Positions 38,392-52,199 of a stretch of DNA of 64,000 nt are shown here, piece by piece; within the stretch, counting starts at the first letter, position 1, and every line of letters begins with the position of its first letter. This stretch comes from Haliotis rufescens (Eukaryota): the NCBI RefSeq assembly GCF_023055435.1, contig NW_025963879.1:868001-932000 (forward strand), read 5' to 3'. The position numbers and the translations under genes are program-made. The notes below the pieces were generated by a model. It saw only the letters and a list, made by a program, of their open reading frames with translations, was not told the origin of the DNA and searched no databases.

Positions 38392-41300
38392 TTAGTAGTG
38401 ATAAGGCTTCCTCGCTGACGTTACATAGTCAATCCAAGCGATATATTTGGACACTCTTGTATATTTTCCAGGAAACATGGGCCGAGCACAACCAACACCA
38501 CTAGACACAACTCCAATCAGAGTCCATTTGTTGTTGTAGTCGCAAATCAGAGGACCGCCGGAATCAGTCTGAAAAAAAAAAGTATTTCTTAGTGAATCGG
38601 TTTGACAAAATTGCAATGTGGTAGTAATAGCAGTAGTAGCAGTAGTAGTAGCAATATGACCAGTAGTAGAACAACCACCAGCAGCAGCAGCAGCAGTAGT
38701 ACCAGTGGTAGAGACATTAGCAGTAGTAGTAACAGCAGAAGGAGTAGGCGTAGTAGTCGTAATAGTAGTAGTCGTAATAGTAGACGTCGTANNNNNNNNN
38801 NNNNNNNNNNNNNNNNNNNNNNNNNNNNNNNNNNNNNNNNNNNNNNNNNNNNNNNNNNNNNNNNNNNNNNNNNNNNNNNNNNNNNNNNNNNNNNNNNNNN
38901 NNNNNNNNNNNNNNNNNNNNNNNNNNNNNNNNNNNNNNNNNNNNNNNNNNNNNNNNNNNNNNNNNAAAGCTTATTCTATTTTATTAGTTAATACCCACAC
39001 ATCACCCTTCCGCTGTGCACAAATAAGACAGAATAAACAACACTGTTATCGCAATTATCTTTTATCATTTTCTTATTATTTTTGTCTGCAATGTAGTCTG
39101 ACAATAACCTCTCCTGACAGTGTGATGATATAGATGTCATGCATTTCTGCATCTGACAACATAAACAACGTACATTACAGGAATCTTTTCCTCCTTTGTC
39201 GAAGTAACCGGCGCAGAGTTGTGTGTCCACCATGTTGTACGCCGTCTGGCACGTCTCCCACTCCACCAGCGGTACTTTCACCTTCTGTAGCTGGAACGGC
39301 TGGAACAGCCTCGTCTCTGCAACATCAAGCCACATGTTATAACCGTTACTCTTAGCATTTAGAACACTTCTCGTGGTGGCAACACAAGGCAATAAACACA
39401 CGTATTGGAACATTCACAGCTTGATAGTTTGGAGTGTATAGTTTAAAGTTCCCAACATCAAGCTGACACGCCGCAATATGATCACTTAAACATTGTTCAA
39501 GTAAGTGCCTTTGTTACAAAAATAAGTTAATGCCTTAGGTTTGACAACAAAAAGGGATTGGGGTGCAAAATATTTTTTTAATTTATCCTTTAAGTGAAAA
39601 TGATTGTATGTCTTATGAACGATAAATGAAAACAAGCTGTCTGTAGTCAATTCCTAAGTGGGCAGTATGTTCTAAATGCCATTCAAAGACTTGATGTTTG
39701 TCGGTTGGATTTTTATACAGACCTTTATCCTTGACAAATCTTTCACAAATATTAACAAGGAATGAGTGTTCCGTGAACTTTGAATAACTTTGTACACGCT
39801 CTAAAGTATCTAAGCAATTTATAATTGTAGACGTCTTAAGTTGGATCTGTTAGTATACTGCTTTACATAAAGGGACAATTCTCGCTTGGAATGACACTCA
39901 CCTGATGTAAGTCCCCATCCAGCAACAATGCATTTCTGCATGGGTTTATACTGATGGTCTTGAGGTGGAAGGCAAATCGGACGTATGCATTTGCTAAACT
40001 TGATGGGTTCTTTTAGTCTTAAAAGTACAATATCGTTGACATCTGAAAAAAAACATATTGATTGTTCACATGAAGATTTTATATATTGGTTCAATAAAAA
40101 GGATATGCCTATATTTGTCATTAATACAGATTACGATATTTAACGTTCAAAGTTCAAAGAGACGGCTTCTTATTCTAACATAAAGTTATAGATGGATATT
40201 TGTTTTTATAATGAAGCCATGCTTGATGGTTGATAACTCACTGGTGACATTCAGAGGGCTTTTACAACACTAAGAATTGTGATTGGCTAAGTCTATTTTC
40301 AGAAGATATACTTTTACATATATACTTTATCCTATTCGACCTGGAACGGGAGGTATTCAGTAACAGGGACTAACAGTGAAAGTATTAGAGCAAAGTAGTC
40401 CCCAGCCACCGATATTTTTAAGAGAAAATTACGAAATTGAGCATGGCATGGAGGAAATGTGGCTCCTCACTTTGCAGCAAAATACCATGCGCTGGTCGTT
40501 TCTCTGTCAAGATTCAGTAATGTCCCTGCAGTGTTGACGTAAATGTAAAGCTTTTAGTCAACTCAACAAGTGGAATAAAATATTGATACATGTACATGGG
40601 AGAATATTTCTCACACACCTGACCAATGCTCTGGATGCATGCTGAAGGCTGATACTGTTGCATTTCGTGTTCGGCGTCTGTCTGAGGATCCGAGCCCCAC
40701 AGTTACATCTTTGGCATTCCTTATTCCCCTATGTGAAAATAAAACATGTATATGTTTTCTCTGTACACTATATAATTAATATCTATCATATATAATTCCA
40801 TTCTTGGATACCAACACTTGAATGTGATATGAAGTTGTGCGCGAAGCACATTCACATTTCTTCATAAATCATACCAACAAGTATCAGCGATTTGCTAAAT
40901 GGTTTGTACATTTCTGACACACTGTTACAATGTACATGTTTATAACTAAGATACTTTTACTCGTGGCGTTGAATCACATCACTCACCAAGCGTGTTACAG
41001 TCTGTTTAAATATCAAGCTGTCATATCAGATTATCTCATAGTCTAAATGGTATTTGTTGGTTCAAATATAACTGAAAATAGCATTCTTTAAATATTTGGC
41101 ATAAAAATGTGGACAGTGAGGTAGCCTGGTGGTTAAGGCATTGTTGGATCGATTACTCAAATGGGCACAGTTGTGACGCCCAGTTAAGGTATCCACTGAC
41201 GTCATACTTCTGCCCTGAAAGCATATTTAATCACTCATTCACCCACTCATTCGAGAAAATAAAAGCCAAGGAAGCTATACTAACATGAGGCAGTGAGCTG

Positions 41301-43572
41301 CACTGATGATGTGTCTGTCGTCGATGATGGCGCCTCCACAACGCAAGGAACCCTTGATGAACAGCGCGACGGTCCATGGCAACTCGCACTCGCCAACGTC
41401 CCGTCCGCCAACGATGTAGGTGGATATCCTAGGTATGGGAGGAGATTCAGCAACGCCACATTGGATGTCCGAGGGTATAGCTTGGAAAAGTTCAAACAGT
41501 TACTTCATTACACACTCCATATTTTCGAGACATCCTTAAATATACATATATCCGAAGTGTCGTAGTGAAACATATTTTTGCCATTTACCTCATTTATTAA
41601 TATTTTATAGTCATTGTTACTATTGCAAATGAAGTTAAACAAAAAAGATATGGGGCAAGAAATGATTCATGCGAACATGTCAATGTAGGCTTTGAACATG
41701 AAGCAGCTTTATTTATGAATACAACATGCTATGTGAAGCTACCTTGTATTTGCGTAATATGAAATTTAAAGCCTTAAATACCTTCACACTTGCATATGTC
41801 CCAGTACTGTTTGCAGGCGGGAAAGCTTACGCACTGCTTTAAAACATCACAGAAGCCACATAGGTCTGTAATATGACAGAACATTACAGTGACATGAAAC
41901 CACACAGTGCAAGACTTGAGTCATATCTATAACGTGCCAGTGATCATTCACTTTACATAAGTGTCTCACAAAAGCAATGTTGAGCAGTGAAAGCTTTTCT
42001 AATGTTGCCAAACAATACGACAGAATTCATAACATGATTTGCAATTTTTATAATCCATGCATATGTAATGGAGATATATATCTCAATGAACTGAACATAG
42101 TAACATTCCATGATTTACAATCGCATGCATCATGCATACAGGGGAATTTATACATGTATATATGATAATTTACATTTGGACGCATTGAAAACTATTTGTG
42201 GGGCGGTTCGGGGTACCAGTCATGTTAAATTTTATAACGAAACAAACTTTCAGTCCCTAAAAGAACGACGACACCACTTCAAACTGACTACATTTTACAA
42301 AATGAAAAACAGTATTTCACCTGTATATCTCAACGATCTCATTCCAAGTCCAGTCTCTGATAAAAGCAATTATAACCTTAGAAATAGATCTAACATGCAA
42401 AAAATTAAATGTAGAACCCAGACCTATGCTAAATCATTTCTTCCGGATACGATTAACCTGCGGAACACTCTACCCAATGAAGTTACTCATTCTTGCTCAT
42501 TAAAAGAATTCAAATCCTTAATTAATCGTTCTGATACAATTATTAATAATTTTGACTTAAAATACGGTTATAGATCATGCCAAATTGTCCACTGTCGCCT
42601 TAGGCTCGGCTGCAGTGACCTAAACGCTGATAAGTTTAGACGACATGTCAGACATATCAGATTGCTCTTGTAGGTATCACTTTGAAGACGCAATTCACTT
42701 TTTCTATACCTGTCAAAAATACGATAATATCAGAAACACTATATATTTCTACAAACATGGGTATGATTTAAAAACGATATTACATGGCAGTAGTTTAGTT
42801 AACAGTTCTGCAAACATGACTATCCTTAAATCAGTCCCCGATTTCATTGTCAAAAGCAAAAGATTCGAATAGCCTCATTTTATGCATGTAATGGATAACT
42901 GCATTATCTTATTTCACAGACACCACTTGTAGTGGCTTCATATATTTCATTTGTGCATTTAGTATGTTTATGTTTAGCACTATCTTACATATAATCTTAT
43001 ATATAACCAGCTGTTGTAAAGTTATTACCTGGAGAGGTATTTACATAAGCAAGTTTTGCTTGTTTACCGATCCATATTTCTTTTGAAATAAAAATATGTT
43101 TAAACCATATGATACCTATATATATATATAGTGTACATTTCTTTCTTCATTGTAATCAAATATTAACAACATATGCCATCACCACTAAATTGTTTCTTAC
43201 ATATTAATTCAAACGACATACCGTGCTTGTTTACATACACTGTATATTGATTATCTTTTAAAGTGTATATAGTCGATGCCACACAAAGATTTATATCAAA
43301 TAATACCCTTCATATGGCAATAAATCAGAAATAAACAATACATGATACCTAGCCTTGAGATGATGACAAAATATTGTGATAATACATTGAAACATGAAAC
43401 AAAGCTTTTTTTACAAGGCAGCTATACTTTGCCATTCCAAAAAAATAACCATTGTAGCGCGAGCATATATATTATTAATAATTCAAAAAATGGGCAAACA
43501 CTTACTGGCGCTGTCGGTTGTCAGGAATAAGGCACATAGTACAAGTAGTAAAAGTGTAGATTTCGTCCACAT
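38392..43572 (-). CDS. G5: secreted trypsin-fold serine protease (~305 aa) with an N-terminal 6-Cys module; Tyr activation site, TDSGG
   Basis: 7 exons: 43572-43506 ([22 protein letters not shown]), 41865-41782 ([27 protein letters not shown]), 41480-41285 (STY|IVGG, SAAHC), 40728-40619, 40042-39902 (NDIVLL), 39316-39174 (GKDSCN), 38568-38392 (TDSGGP, SSGVGC, PGKY, stop). 918 nt, open frame. Confidence 0.92.
38621..38791. repeat. (AGT/AGC)n trinucleotide tract abutting an assembly gap
   Basis: Direct reading. Confidence 0.9.
42168..43106 (+). mobile_element. 5'-truncated non-LTR retrotransposon (CR1/L2-type ORF2 C-terminus) in G5 intron 1
   Basis: Frames read ...SLKERR...FYKM...YNLRN...[11 protein letters not shown]...[10 protein letters not shown]...CSC...[10 protein letters not shown] (zinc-knuckle), then a 3' UTR with AATAAA. 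8-bp TSD ATATGATA at 42160-67 and 43107-14. Confidence 0.85.
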
Positions 43573-44381
43573 GTTTGCAATTAAAGTGTTTCCTCTTCTT
43601 ATCTTCCGTAATAGTGTACGAGACAAGAATGGTGCATCAAAGGATGGTGCTTCCACATAACATTACTTAAATACGCGTACAAGAATTACAACTATTTCCT
43701 ATGTTGACCCTCATTTGGATGACACAAGACAACACACCAGCTCCTCCTTATAACTAGTCCCTGAAAACGTACCTGCACCATCTTTTGATAAGGATTATTT
43801 GTTTTACTTTTTCCATTACCCGACGCAAATAAAAGGCTACTCTTCAGCTTAGATTACAAGCGAAGTGGGCACTGGTGTAAAGTCCTATTCTTTAAATGGT
43901 GTTTGAGATGTACTTAGGTCTATGTTCGAGAGACAACTGTGGAATCTCTTCTTTATCAACTGAGACAATAGTTTGTTCATGCACTGATGTCAACCCCTAT
44001 ATAGGGGAAAGTATATGTGCAGGTTAAGTACATCAATGCGTGGTTAGTACGACTACATGGCCAACACCGAATCTACGTCGCCATTGACAAAATGAGTCAA
44101 TTGTAATGTTCATTCATAACATTCCCTATTTACATAAACCGCCTTTCTTCTTCTTTACATCTTATCGTTACACAGTAACTCCTTCTTCTGGTGATGGTAT
44201 TATAAGATATTATTTTCTACGATTTTTGATATGTCTGAATCATAACCATATTGTTATTTCTTGTTCATATCACACCTATCAAGTGCACTTGAAATGCAGT
44301 AGATTCATGCTCACTCAGCTTGTGTTGTACGCAAACAAATAAACTTGGTAAAAAGTCCTCATATTACATGTATACACAGTA

Positions 44382-44687
44382 CAGTTAATGTGTAAAATCA
44401 GTCAATGTGTTAAATCAGTCATTGTGTAACTTTCACATAGGTAATTCACACAACACGAATTCCAAACATGTTGATGCTCAATTATATCACCATGACTGAC
44501 AGTGATAGGATTCACAGAAAACAAAAGTCAATTTGTATCATGTTTTTGGCTTCTAAACCCAGCATAATGAATCTATTGTGATGTTAAAGTTAAAGCTCTT
44601 TTGAACTTCTTAATATTTTTTGTCAATCTTTCACACAAGTTGAGAGATTTATAAGGTCTATTTGAAATTTGTTTTTACACATTGACT
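44382..44687. mobile_element. Probable Tc1/mariner-type MITE; related copy at ~10895-11265
   Basis: Ends CAGTTAATGTGTAAAA ... TTTTACACATTGACTG, preceded by TA. The same left end CAGTCAATGTGTAAA occurs at ~10897. Confidence 0.55.
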
Positions 44688-47342
44688 GCAACATATATTC
44701 GTGTGGCCAATACAAAATTAAACTAAACAAAATAGAGCAACATATTCCTAAACTTAATATACCGATCCGAAGTTTTATTGAGAAGGGTACTGCATGACAG
44801 CAACGTTAACAAGAAAAACAATAACATTGAGGTGTGTTATTTACTTTGCCAATTATGGAAACAGTGTGTATCCACTTTGCTCCCTTTTCATCATCTTCAT
44901 TTGATTGTGAGTGTTTTTATCAATTTAATTTCTGAAATGATTAGGTGTAATTCAATATGGCATTCAAAGGTATGAGACGTACATAAACACATAAAGTTGT
45001 TACTAGTATCTCTATTACGTATTTGGAATCAATATATAATACAATTATGAAAGCATATTTTGAAGGTAAGGAGCTTTTATATCATATGTATCGTTCAGGT
45101 CCATTTTAAAGCAAAATGTAAAATGGGAACATATAAGATTTAGAGAAATGAAGCCATTTTAAAAGTGTATAAATGTGTATTAATTTTTATGATTTATTAC
45201 TCTTTCTTATATTCCTGATTACCATAATCAATCTCATGTAAATCTACCAACATAGCATTGTCCCATATTGTCCCAAAACATATTTTTTTTAATGTCAATT
45301 AACAATGATGTAATGATATGCATAACATTAACTCTCATTTCATTTATCNNNNNNNNNNNNNNNNNNNNNNNNNNNNNNNNNNNNNNNNNNNNNNNNNNNN
45401 NNNNNNNNNNNNNNNNNNNNNNNNNNNNNNNNNNNNNNNNNNNNNNNNNNNNNNNNNNNNNNNNNNNNNNNNNNNNNNNNNNNNNACTTTGTGCAATTAA
45501 TTGTATCAATAGGCCTAAAGTTCATGCATAAATCTAATCAATAATCAATCTCTTATATCTTTTTGTGTCAGCAACAAAGAATAACATGAATGTTTCTCAT
45601 TAAAGATGAAAGGTACATGATAGCATTATGCAGTGTGTGTTCTGGTGATAATTGCTGCAACTTCAGATCTAGAGGGGTTAAACAGGTGCCTATAATCCAT
45701 CAGAGCGGGGTTTGTTGAATACATTTATACATCTCAGCATGAACCATCTATGATGACTATGTACTCTTGATAAGCCCTATTCATTACACTAACTCTGCAC
45801 TCTCAATCCTGTAAGTTGGGCTGAATGGTCTATTAGAAAGAAGAAAAGAAACGAATGCTAATCACTATTGGATAAACATGTTTTTCCTGCACAAAAAATA
45901 CCAATTTAATGCCAGTGAAATGACTTTTATCGTTGTCTTTTAAAGGAACAACTTACCATTTGTATTTGACCATTAGTATTTGATATATATTCGCATGTAG
46001 TTGGCTACAACAATGCAAGAGGATCTATGTACATCTTTGTCAATAGAAAAGTCATCACTATCCAATTTAGATAATTTGAAGCTTGTTTTCAAATTAACAC
46101 AAAGGCCACTCTTGAAACGAGGACAGTTGAACTTGTCAGTGCACTGGGTTCATCGTTACTTAAAAGCATTTGCATAAGACCCTTGTAAATGTTAGAACCC
46201 GTGCAATGCACTGCATACAAGTGTTATCTATTAGATCTACATCCAACTTGTCCGATAGTAAGTTTATCAAAAATGCCAAGTTCCTTGCCTCCTCCAATGT
46301 ATATGACAAGATCTGCAATAAAATCTGAAGGACTAATTATAAGGTATGTTGTTATGGGATGAATTGCAATTGTAAAGCACAAGGGGAGTGTGGGGGTTGG
46401 GGGAATGAAGGATTGAAAATGCCTTATTAATCCATATTGATCTTTATTCTCCAAAGAAAACCAGAATTGTTATCAATGTTTCGAGTCTCATCAGGCCATA
46501 ATTAACGTTTATGAAGTTGTAACGTACAGTTATGTGACGTCATATCATTTAGGAGAATTATGGCGTCACAATACCAAGGTAACAATGAACAAATAACTGA
46601 CCCCCTTTACATTGTACTTAGGCGAGTATTTATGAATGAAATGTTGGTCTTTTTGAAAAAAATGTAGGTACATTATACAAATTAAGCTTATATAGCGGGA
46701 AGCCTAAAACACTGCCGCTTCCACATTTATCGAAATGTTCACTGAGTGGAATAGAGGGGGTGTGGCCTCTTCATTTGTGAACGGTGAAGATTCTTTCTTC
46801 TTTTTAATTTAAGTTCTGTCTTTCCTATATACTTTTCATTGCACGCACTAGAAAAACAATCAAGTAAACAACATTTCTAGTATCACAAGTCATTTTGTTT
46901 TTCAGTAATTCAGTAACCTTTGTAATTTGGACNNNNNNNNNNNNNNNNNNNNNNNNNNNNNNNNNNNNNNNNNNNNNNNNNNNNNNNNNNNNNNNNNNNN
47001 NNNNNNNNNNNNNNNNNNNNNNNNNNNNNNNNNNNNNNNNNNNNNNNNNNNNNNNNNNNNNNNNNNNNNNNNNNNNTAAATTGTTTTTAATATGAAATGT
47101 TTCATCTCATGATCATGATAATCGTCGCCACCAAAGGATATTTAGATTTCAAAATATAGTCTAAGCAAAAAACCAAGACTGAAACATTACTTTATGTTTA
47201 TTTCTAGCTACCGAGTTATACGCACATGTGTGTACATGAACTCTCAAAAAATAAAATTAAACAAAATGGAAATCAAATTGCCATGAAACGGTACATGTTC
47301 ATTTTGTCACGCATTTATTTTAACATTGATAGGTGCAAACAT

Positions 47343-50300
47343 TCAAGAGAGCTGTTCATGTTCTTTAACACTGTTGATCCAGGTGGCATAGTGAGGAATG
47401 TCTATGTACACAGAAACAGCTTCTTCGCAACTCCTGTGTGATGTGCTGACAGCGTACAGAAACCACTTATATTCTCGTTGAAGCATCATTGGGGCTCCTG
47501 AATTTCCCTGAAAATTGTGAGATCATTTATAGTGCAAGTTGTAAGTTGTATTTTAAATTTAAGGATGTCTATCAACTGAATATTCAATTCAATTCAATTC
47601 CGCATTGTAAAGTAAATTAATAGTGTAAGTTGTAAGTTCTGTTTTATAGATAATGATATTATTAAGTAAACTGATAATTTATTCAATAAGTATTACCCAA
47701 ATTATAAATTTAGTACATGTGAACATGACATTTATGAATGAGTAAGATGGGTTTAACGCCGCTCAGAACAGTATTCCAGTTATATCACAGATTAATGTGG
47801 GAAGAAAGTCCGAAGTGATGCAGGTTTCAGACATTTACCAGTTAGGCGAAACCAACAAACTCGGATATATATTGTGCTGACAAAACAAAAAACATAATCA
47901 AGGCGAACCGGGATTCGAATCTACAATTATAAGTTTCCGGCGTACCGAAGGGATTCAACTCTGCACAGCGAATTGCAGCGCCTAAGACTGTGCCTCACGA
48001 TTAATCATGGAATATAATTATATTCCTTACATGACAAACTGACGAAGAAGATATGCTAGACCACAATCCAGCGCAGATCGAATGCTGTAGTGCCGAAACT
48101 TCCGGGTAGATGTTCACACACTCCTCACGGCTTATTACTGGTAGCACAGTTGCCTGCAATCTTGCCCTTTGTTTGTTCCAGAAACCTTAAAACATCAAAG
48201 GAAACTGGCATATTAAAAGTTGTAAGACAACACAAAAGGACATCACATTGACATCTACATTATACCTTTTTTTGTCACCAATGAAACTATATGACAAGTC
48301 ACACTACATACAAATAGTACACAAATTGCCGGGCAAAAGAAGGTAAACACTTGAAAATTGAACTCGACCCAAAACTGAGAAATGCTATGAAAATGTTAAT
48401 AGGCTAGAAAACAGAAACCGAGACACTGTAAACTTCAGGTGCAAAACTCAAACGTGATGCCCGTATCAAATACATCCCAATCGCATAACCATTTGTTGTT
48501 TGTCTCATTTCTAGCCCCCATCAAACATCGGTGTGTGTGCTTTCTTTTGCCCGACAGTTTAGAATTGAAAAATAGACAAAATGGTTTGATATAGGGAAGA
48601 AATAAAACGCCCTTACGCCCAAATCCTACGATTGTGACCAGTTCTCCCTTTTCAGGATTGGTTGCTGTTCCGGGTATACATATTGGCTGAATACAGGGCG
48701 TAAACCAAACCTTCTTCTTCAAGGTGAGAACTGCGACATCGTGTCCTGAAAATAATACAGGCACAACATCAACCCTTTTAGTAATGAGAATTGAATTGAT
48801 TTTCTTTATATCCCATATGTTTTCAGCAGAGATTTGATTGATTATGGAAATGGTTTTGTAAGAACTTACTTGCCAAACCAGTGTTTCTGTATTTAGGATG
48901 AAGCGTAAAGGACTCCAAGTCTATGTAGGTGAGCTGTCCAGCCTTTTGTGAACCCATACCCACATGCACATCGTCAGCGAGAAAATACCTTGTAAAGATA
49001 ATATGGAATGTAGTGTATGTCGTTGTTATTTCTTTGACGTAAATTGGCTGTTGGGTTTCCCATGATGTTTAATTTGTTTATTGTATTAGAACTCTTGAGA
49101 ACTCTTCACGAGTTTAGAAATTGCAAGTACATGTTCCTATATTCGATGAAATATGTCTGTCTCACAATATTAGGACCATCTTGTGAACAGCGTCATTCAA
49201 TCGTGAAGCGTCAAGCAAATGCTACAAAAACAAATGGCGTCATGATGTTAACTTCAGAGGGGTTAAACAGGTGTCTTTCAACCATTAGAGGGGGGGCTTG
49301 TTGAAAACATTTATGCAGCTCAGCAGTCAACATGTATTGGTTATAACACGAAGGTTACTTGACAATCAGATTTTTCGCTTTTTTCTGTTTTCATATGCAG
49401 GCAACTCGATCTGTCCATTCTGACTTTTGTCAGATTTAGTGAATTTGTTAGAGATAGTGATGTGTGTGATAACTTGTTATTTTCGAGTAAGAACATTTTC
49501 CTTATATGAATACAATGCATAAACATGTGGATGAGCCATGTGGTTCGTAAAACTCATCTGCCTTCACCATAACAAATGACCAAATATTAGTATACCATCA
49601 GCCAGCGTGGAACATGTAATGATCTCACCCCGCCAACATTATTGTTCTAAATCATTTTGACAACAAGACAAACGTAGTATCCTTTAAGAAGGTTCATCAT
49701 ATATAAATTCATGAATCGGACAACTTTATTTACAAATCTAGATATGCTTGTGCATGATAATAGACATATGTCTGGGTATTGGGACACAACCAACTCGTAT
49801 CCTAAACATAGCTTAAACAAATGTTAAATGGCGACTATGCTCTAAAGTAAGTGCACATGTTCTGCCCAGAAACTATTATCTGAAGGACGAGAATCAAATT
49901 TGCTAGGACTGCCAATTAACCAACCCCCGTCCACCTTTAAGAATATTATTTCATTTTCTTACCTTTGACTGAAGCAATGGGCAGCAGTGATGATATGCCT
50001 CTCGTCTATTAAGGTTCCAACACACATTTCAGCCTTCCTTTTCTTATCACGAACAATAACTACCCATGGGTGTGGGCACTTTCTGTTCAGCACTGTACCG
50101 CATGAAGATACTGGAATAAATGTATGCTTTAATATATTATGTGATCCAATGCAATGCATGATGTAAATGAAATGGACAAGGACGTACCTATTCTGTTGTT
50201 GTTACATGTGGTCTAAGAAATGCTAAAACAAACAAAAGTATTTTTCATACAAACCAAATACGTGTTCATTCAAAAGCATTTATAAAAAAAGTATAATATT

Positions 50301-51202
50301 TTTTTTTTATAATACATGTTTTGCACTGTTAAATAACAACATGACCTGAAAATCAGATATAAACTAATCGCCTTTATTTTTTTGCAAATATGGATATTAT
50401 CTGTCATATGTAGGGCTGATATGCATGAACTTACGCATCTTATCACAGTTTTTTGCAAATATGGATATTATCTTTCATATGTTGGGCTGATATGCATGAA
50501 CTTACGCATCTTATCACAGTCAAGTAGGTCATAGAGTTGCTGGGAATCCGCATCATGAAGGAGATTGGTCAGAATCTTGCATAACTCTTCACGAAATAAA
50601 AACTAAATAAACAGATCGTTCATTGTTGAGGTAAACATGATTTCTTTAGCAAATTAGCAAATACTTATTTCCTTACAAATCTTTATATATTCATAAATAG
50701 CATTACGTCCATTACTGCTAGTGTCGTTAATTGGTTAAGATTGATAATTCCACTAAACAGTACAGCCAAAGAAAGAAGCAGATGAGTTGTTCAAGCCTTA
50801 CTTAATTAGCAATTCTATAGGACCGACGCAACGTTTTGATTAAAGATCGATAAAAGTACTAGTTTTTAAAGACGATCACATGAACATGAAATGAAACACA
50901 TTTGAAAATGCTTTGCTATCTAGCAAGTAGAACTTATACATTGTTCAACGTACAGCACAAAAATCATATCATTTGAAAGCAGAAAAAATATACTTATGTT
51001 GATTTTGAACAACAAAAGGCAAACGATTTCACGGTGAAAATTATATAAACCTGAGAGCATATTTTATACTGTAGCTCTATTACATGCCATTACATATCAA
51101 AAGAAAATTAATGCATTATAACATCCACCTACCTCCAACTCCTTGTGCAAGAAAACAATGGCATATGCAGAACAATAGGCTGATGACAAGAAGGATACGC
51201 AT
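47343..51202 (-). CDS. G6: atypical secreted trypsin-fold protein (~288 aa); triad retained, IVGG and Asp194 lost
   Basis: Exons: 51202-51133 (MRILLVISLLFCICHCFLAQGVG), probable 50586-50506 (ELCKILTNLLHDADSQQLYDLLDCDKM), 50110-49963 (CGTVLNRKCPHPW...TAAHC), 48988-48870, 48745-48617 (HDVAV), 48185-48031 (SSSVCH), 47507-47343 (GNSGAP, stop). 867 nt, open frame. Confidence 0.88.
47735..47995 (-). mobile_element. SINE family B copy in the last intron of G6
   Basis: GGGTTTAACGCCGC...CCGAAGTGATGCAGG...GGCGAACCGGGATTCGAA...GCGCCTAAGAC. Confidence 0.8.
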
Positions 51203-52199
51203 TATTCAAGACAGTTGGCAACTCAACATTGCTTCGCTGGATGATCCCGTCTGATTCTCACTCCGTGGTTTTTGTATGTTGTACTTGGGTCAACATGCAC
51301 AGGGTAGGTCTTAAAGGCTAATCGTTTGTGTTTTTAATCAAAGTGCAATTAAGATCAAAGAGAAGCATGTATACATACCTATATATATTAAGACGTTTTC
51401 CTCCCTGAGCTATAATTGAGCAGTAGCTCTAAGATTTAAAGGACGTATTTAATCTAAAACCAACTATATCATGAGTCATCTGTTAATGACGTCCCGCCTT
51501 AAACCCACTTATCTAGACATAATAAGATTCAGGAGGACGAAAGCATATTTTTGACGACACACATAAAATGGGAATGTAATTGTCATATTCTTATACAGAT
51601 GATGTTGTCGTACATGTATACCTGTGTTTTTAAGGCAAAAGCAACGTACTTAAGAATCTTCAAAGGTTATTTACAACCGTAACATTTTTTACAAGTGTTT
51701 TCTTTCCATTTCCCACCACAAAACAAATAGTTCAACAACGAGAAGACATCACTTTATCACAATCAAAGTACTCACCATTCACTACATATTCACCAACATT
51801 CTGAATAAATTGATGTGATAAAGGGCACATATTCAACAGATTTACAATTGGCGTTTAAATTATGTGTACATATGGGGTGCATCATAATCAAGCTACAGAC
51901 TGTAATATCAATTTCAAAAAATATTTAGGGGCTTCAGTATACGTGTGCCATAAGTCACATACTGGAGAAAACACATCTCTGATTCCCTAAAGCGTGCATG
52001 GTCCAATTACTTGTCAATATTAGGTTGGAGCTGTCCACAATACTCAGTAAGTAGATTGTAAATTAGGTATAAATCGTGAATTGAAAGAAATTGAAACTGT
52101 ACATGTTTGCCTGTAAGCCCTTCCTGCGTGTTAAATGTACAACTGCAAATAATGTTATAAGAGGTGAATGGGGAAGATACCCTCGATATATGTATGTCT

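Noticed and set aside
37909-38991. His-Pro, Gly-Cys and poly-Ser ORFs
   Set aside because: Readings of hexamer and trinucleotide repeats and of an N gap; no splice or signal support.
50188-50212. Possible 25-nt G6 micro-exon (AG...GTACGT)
   Set aside because: Length is not a multiple of 3 and it reads a stop in the required phase.
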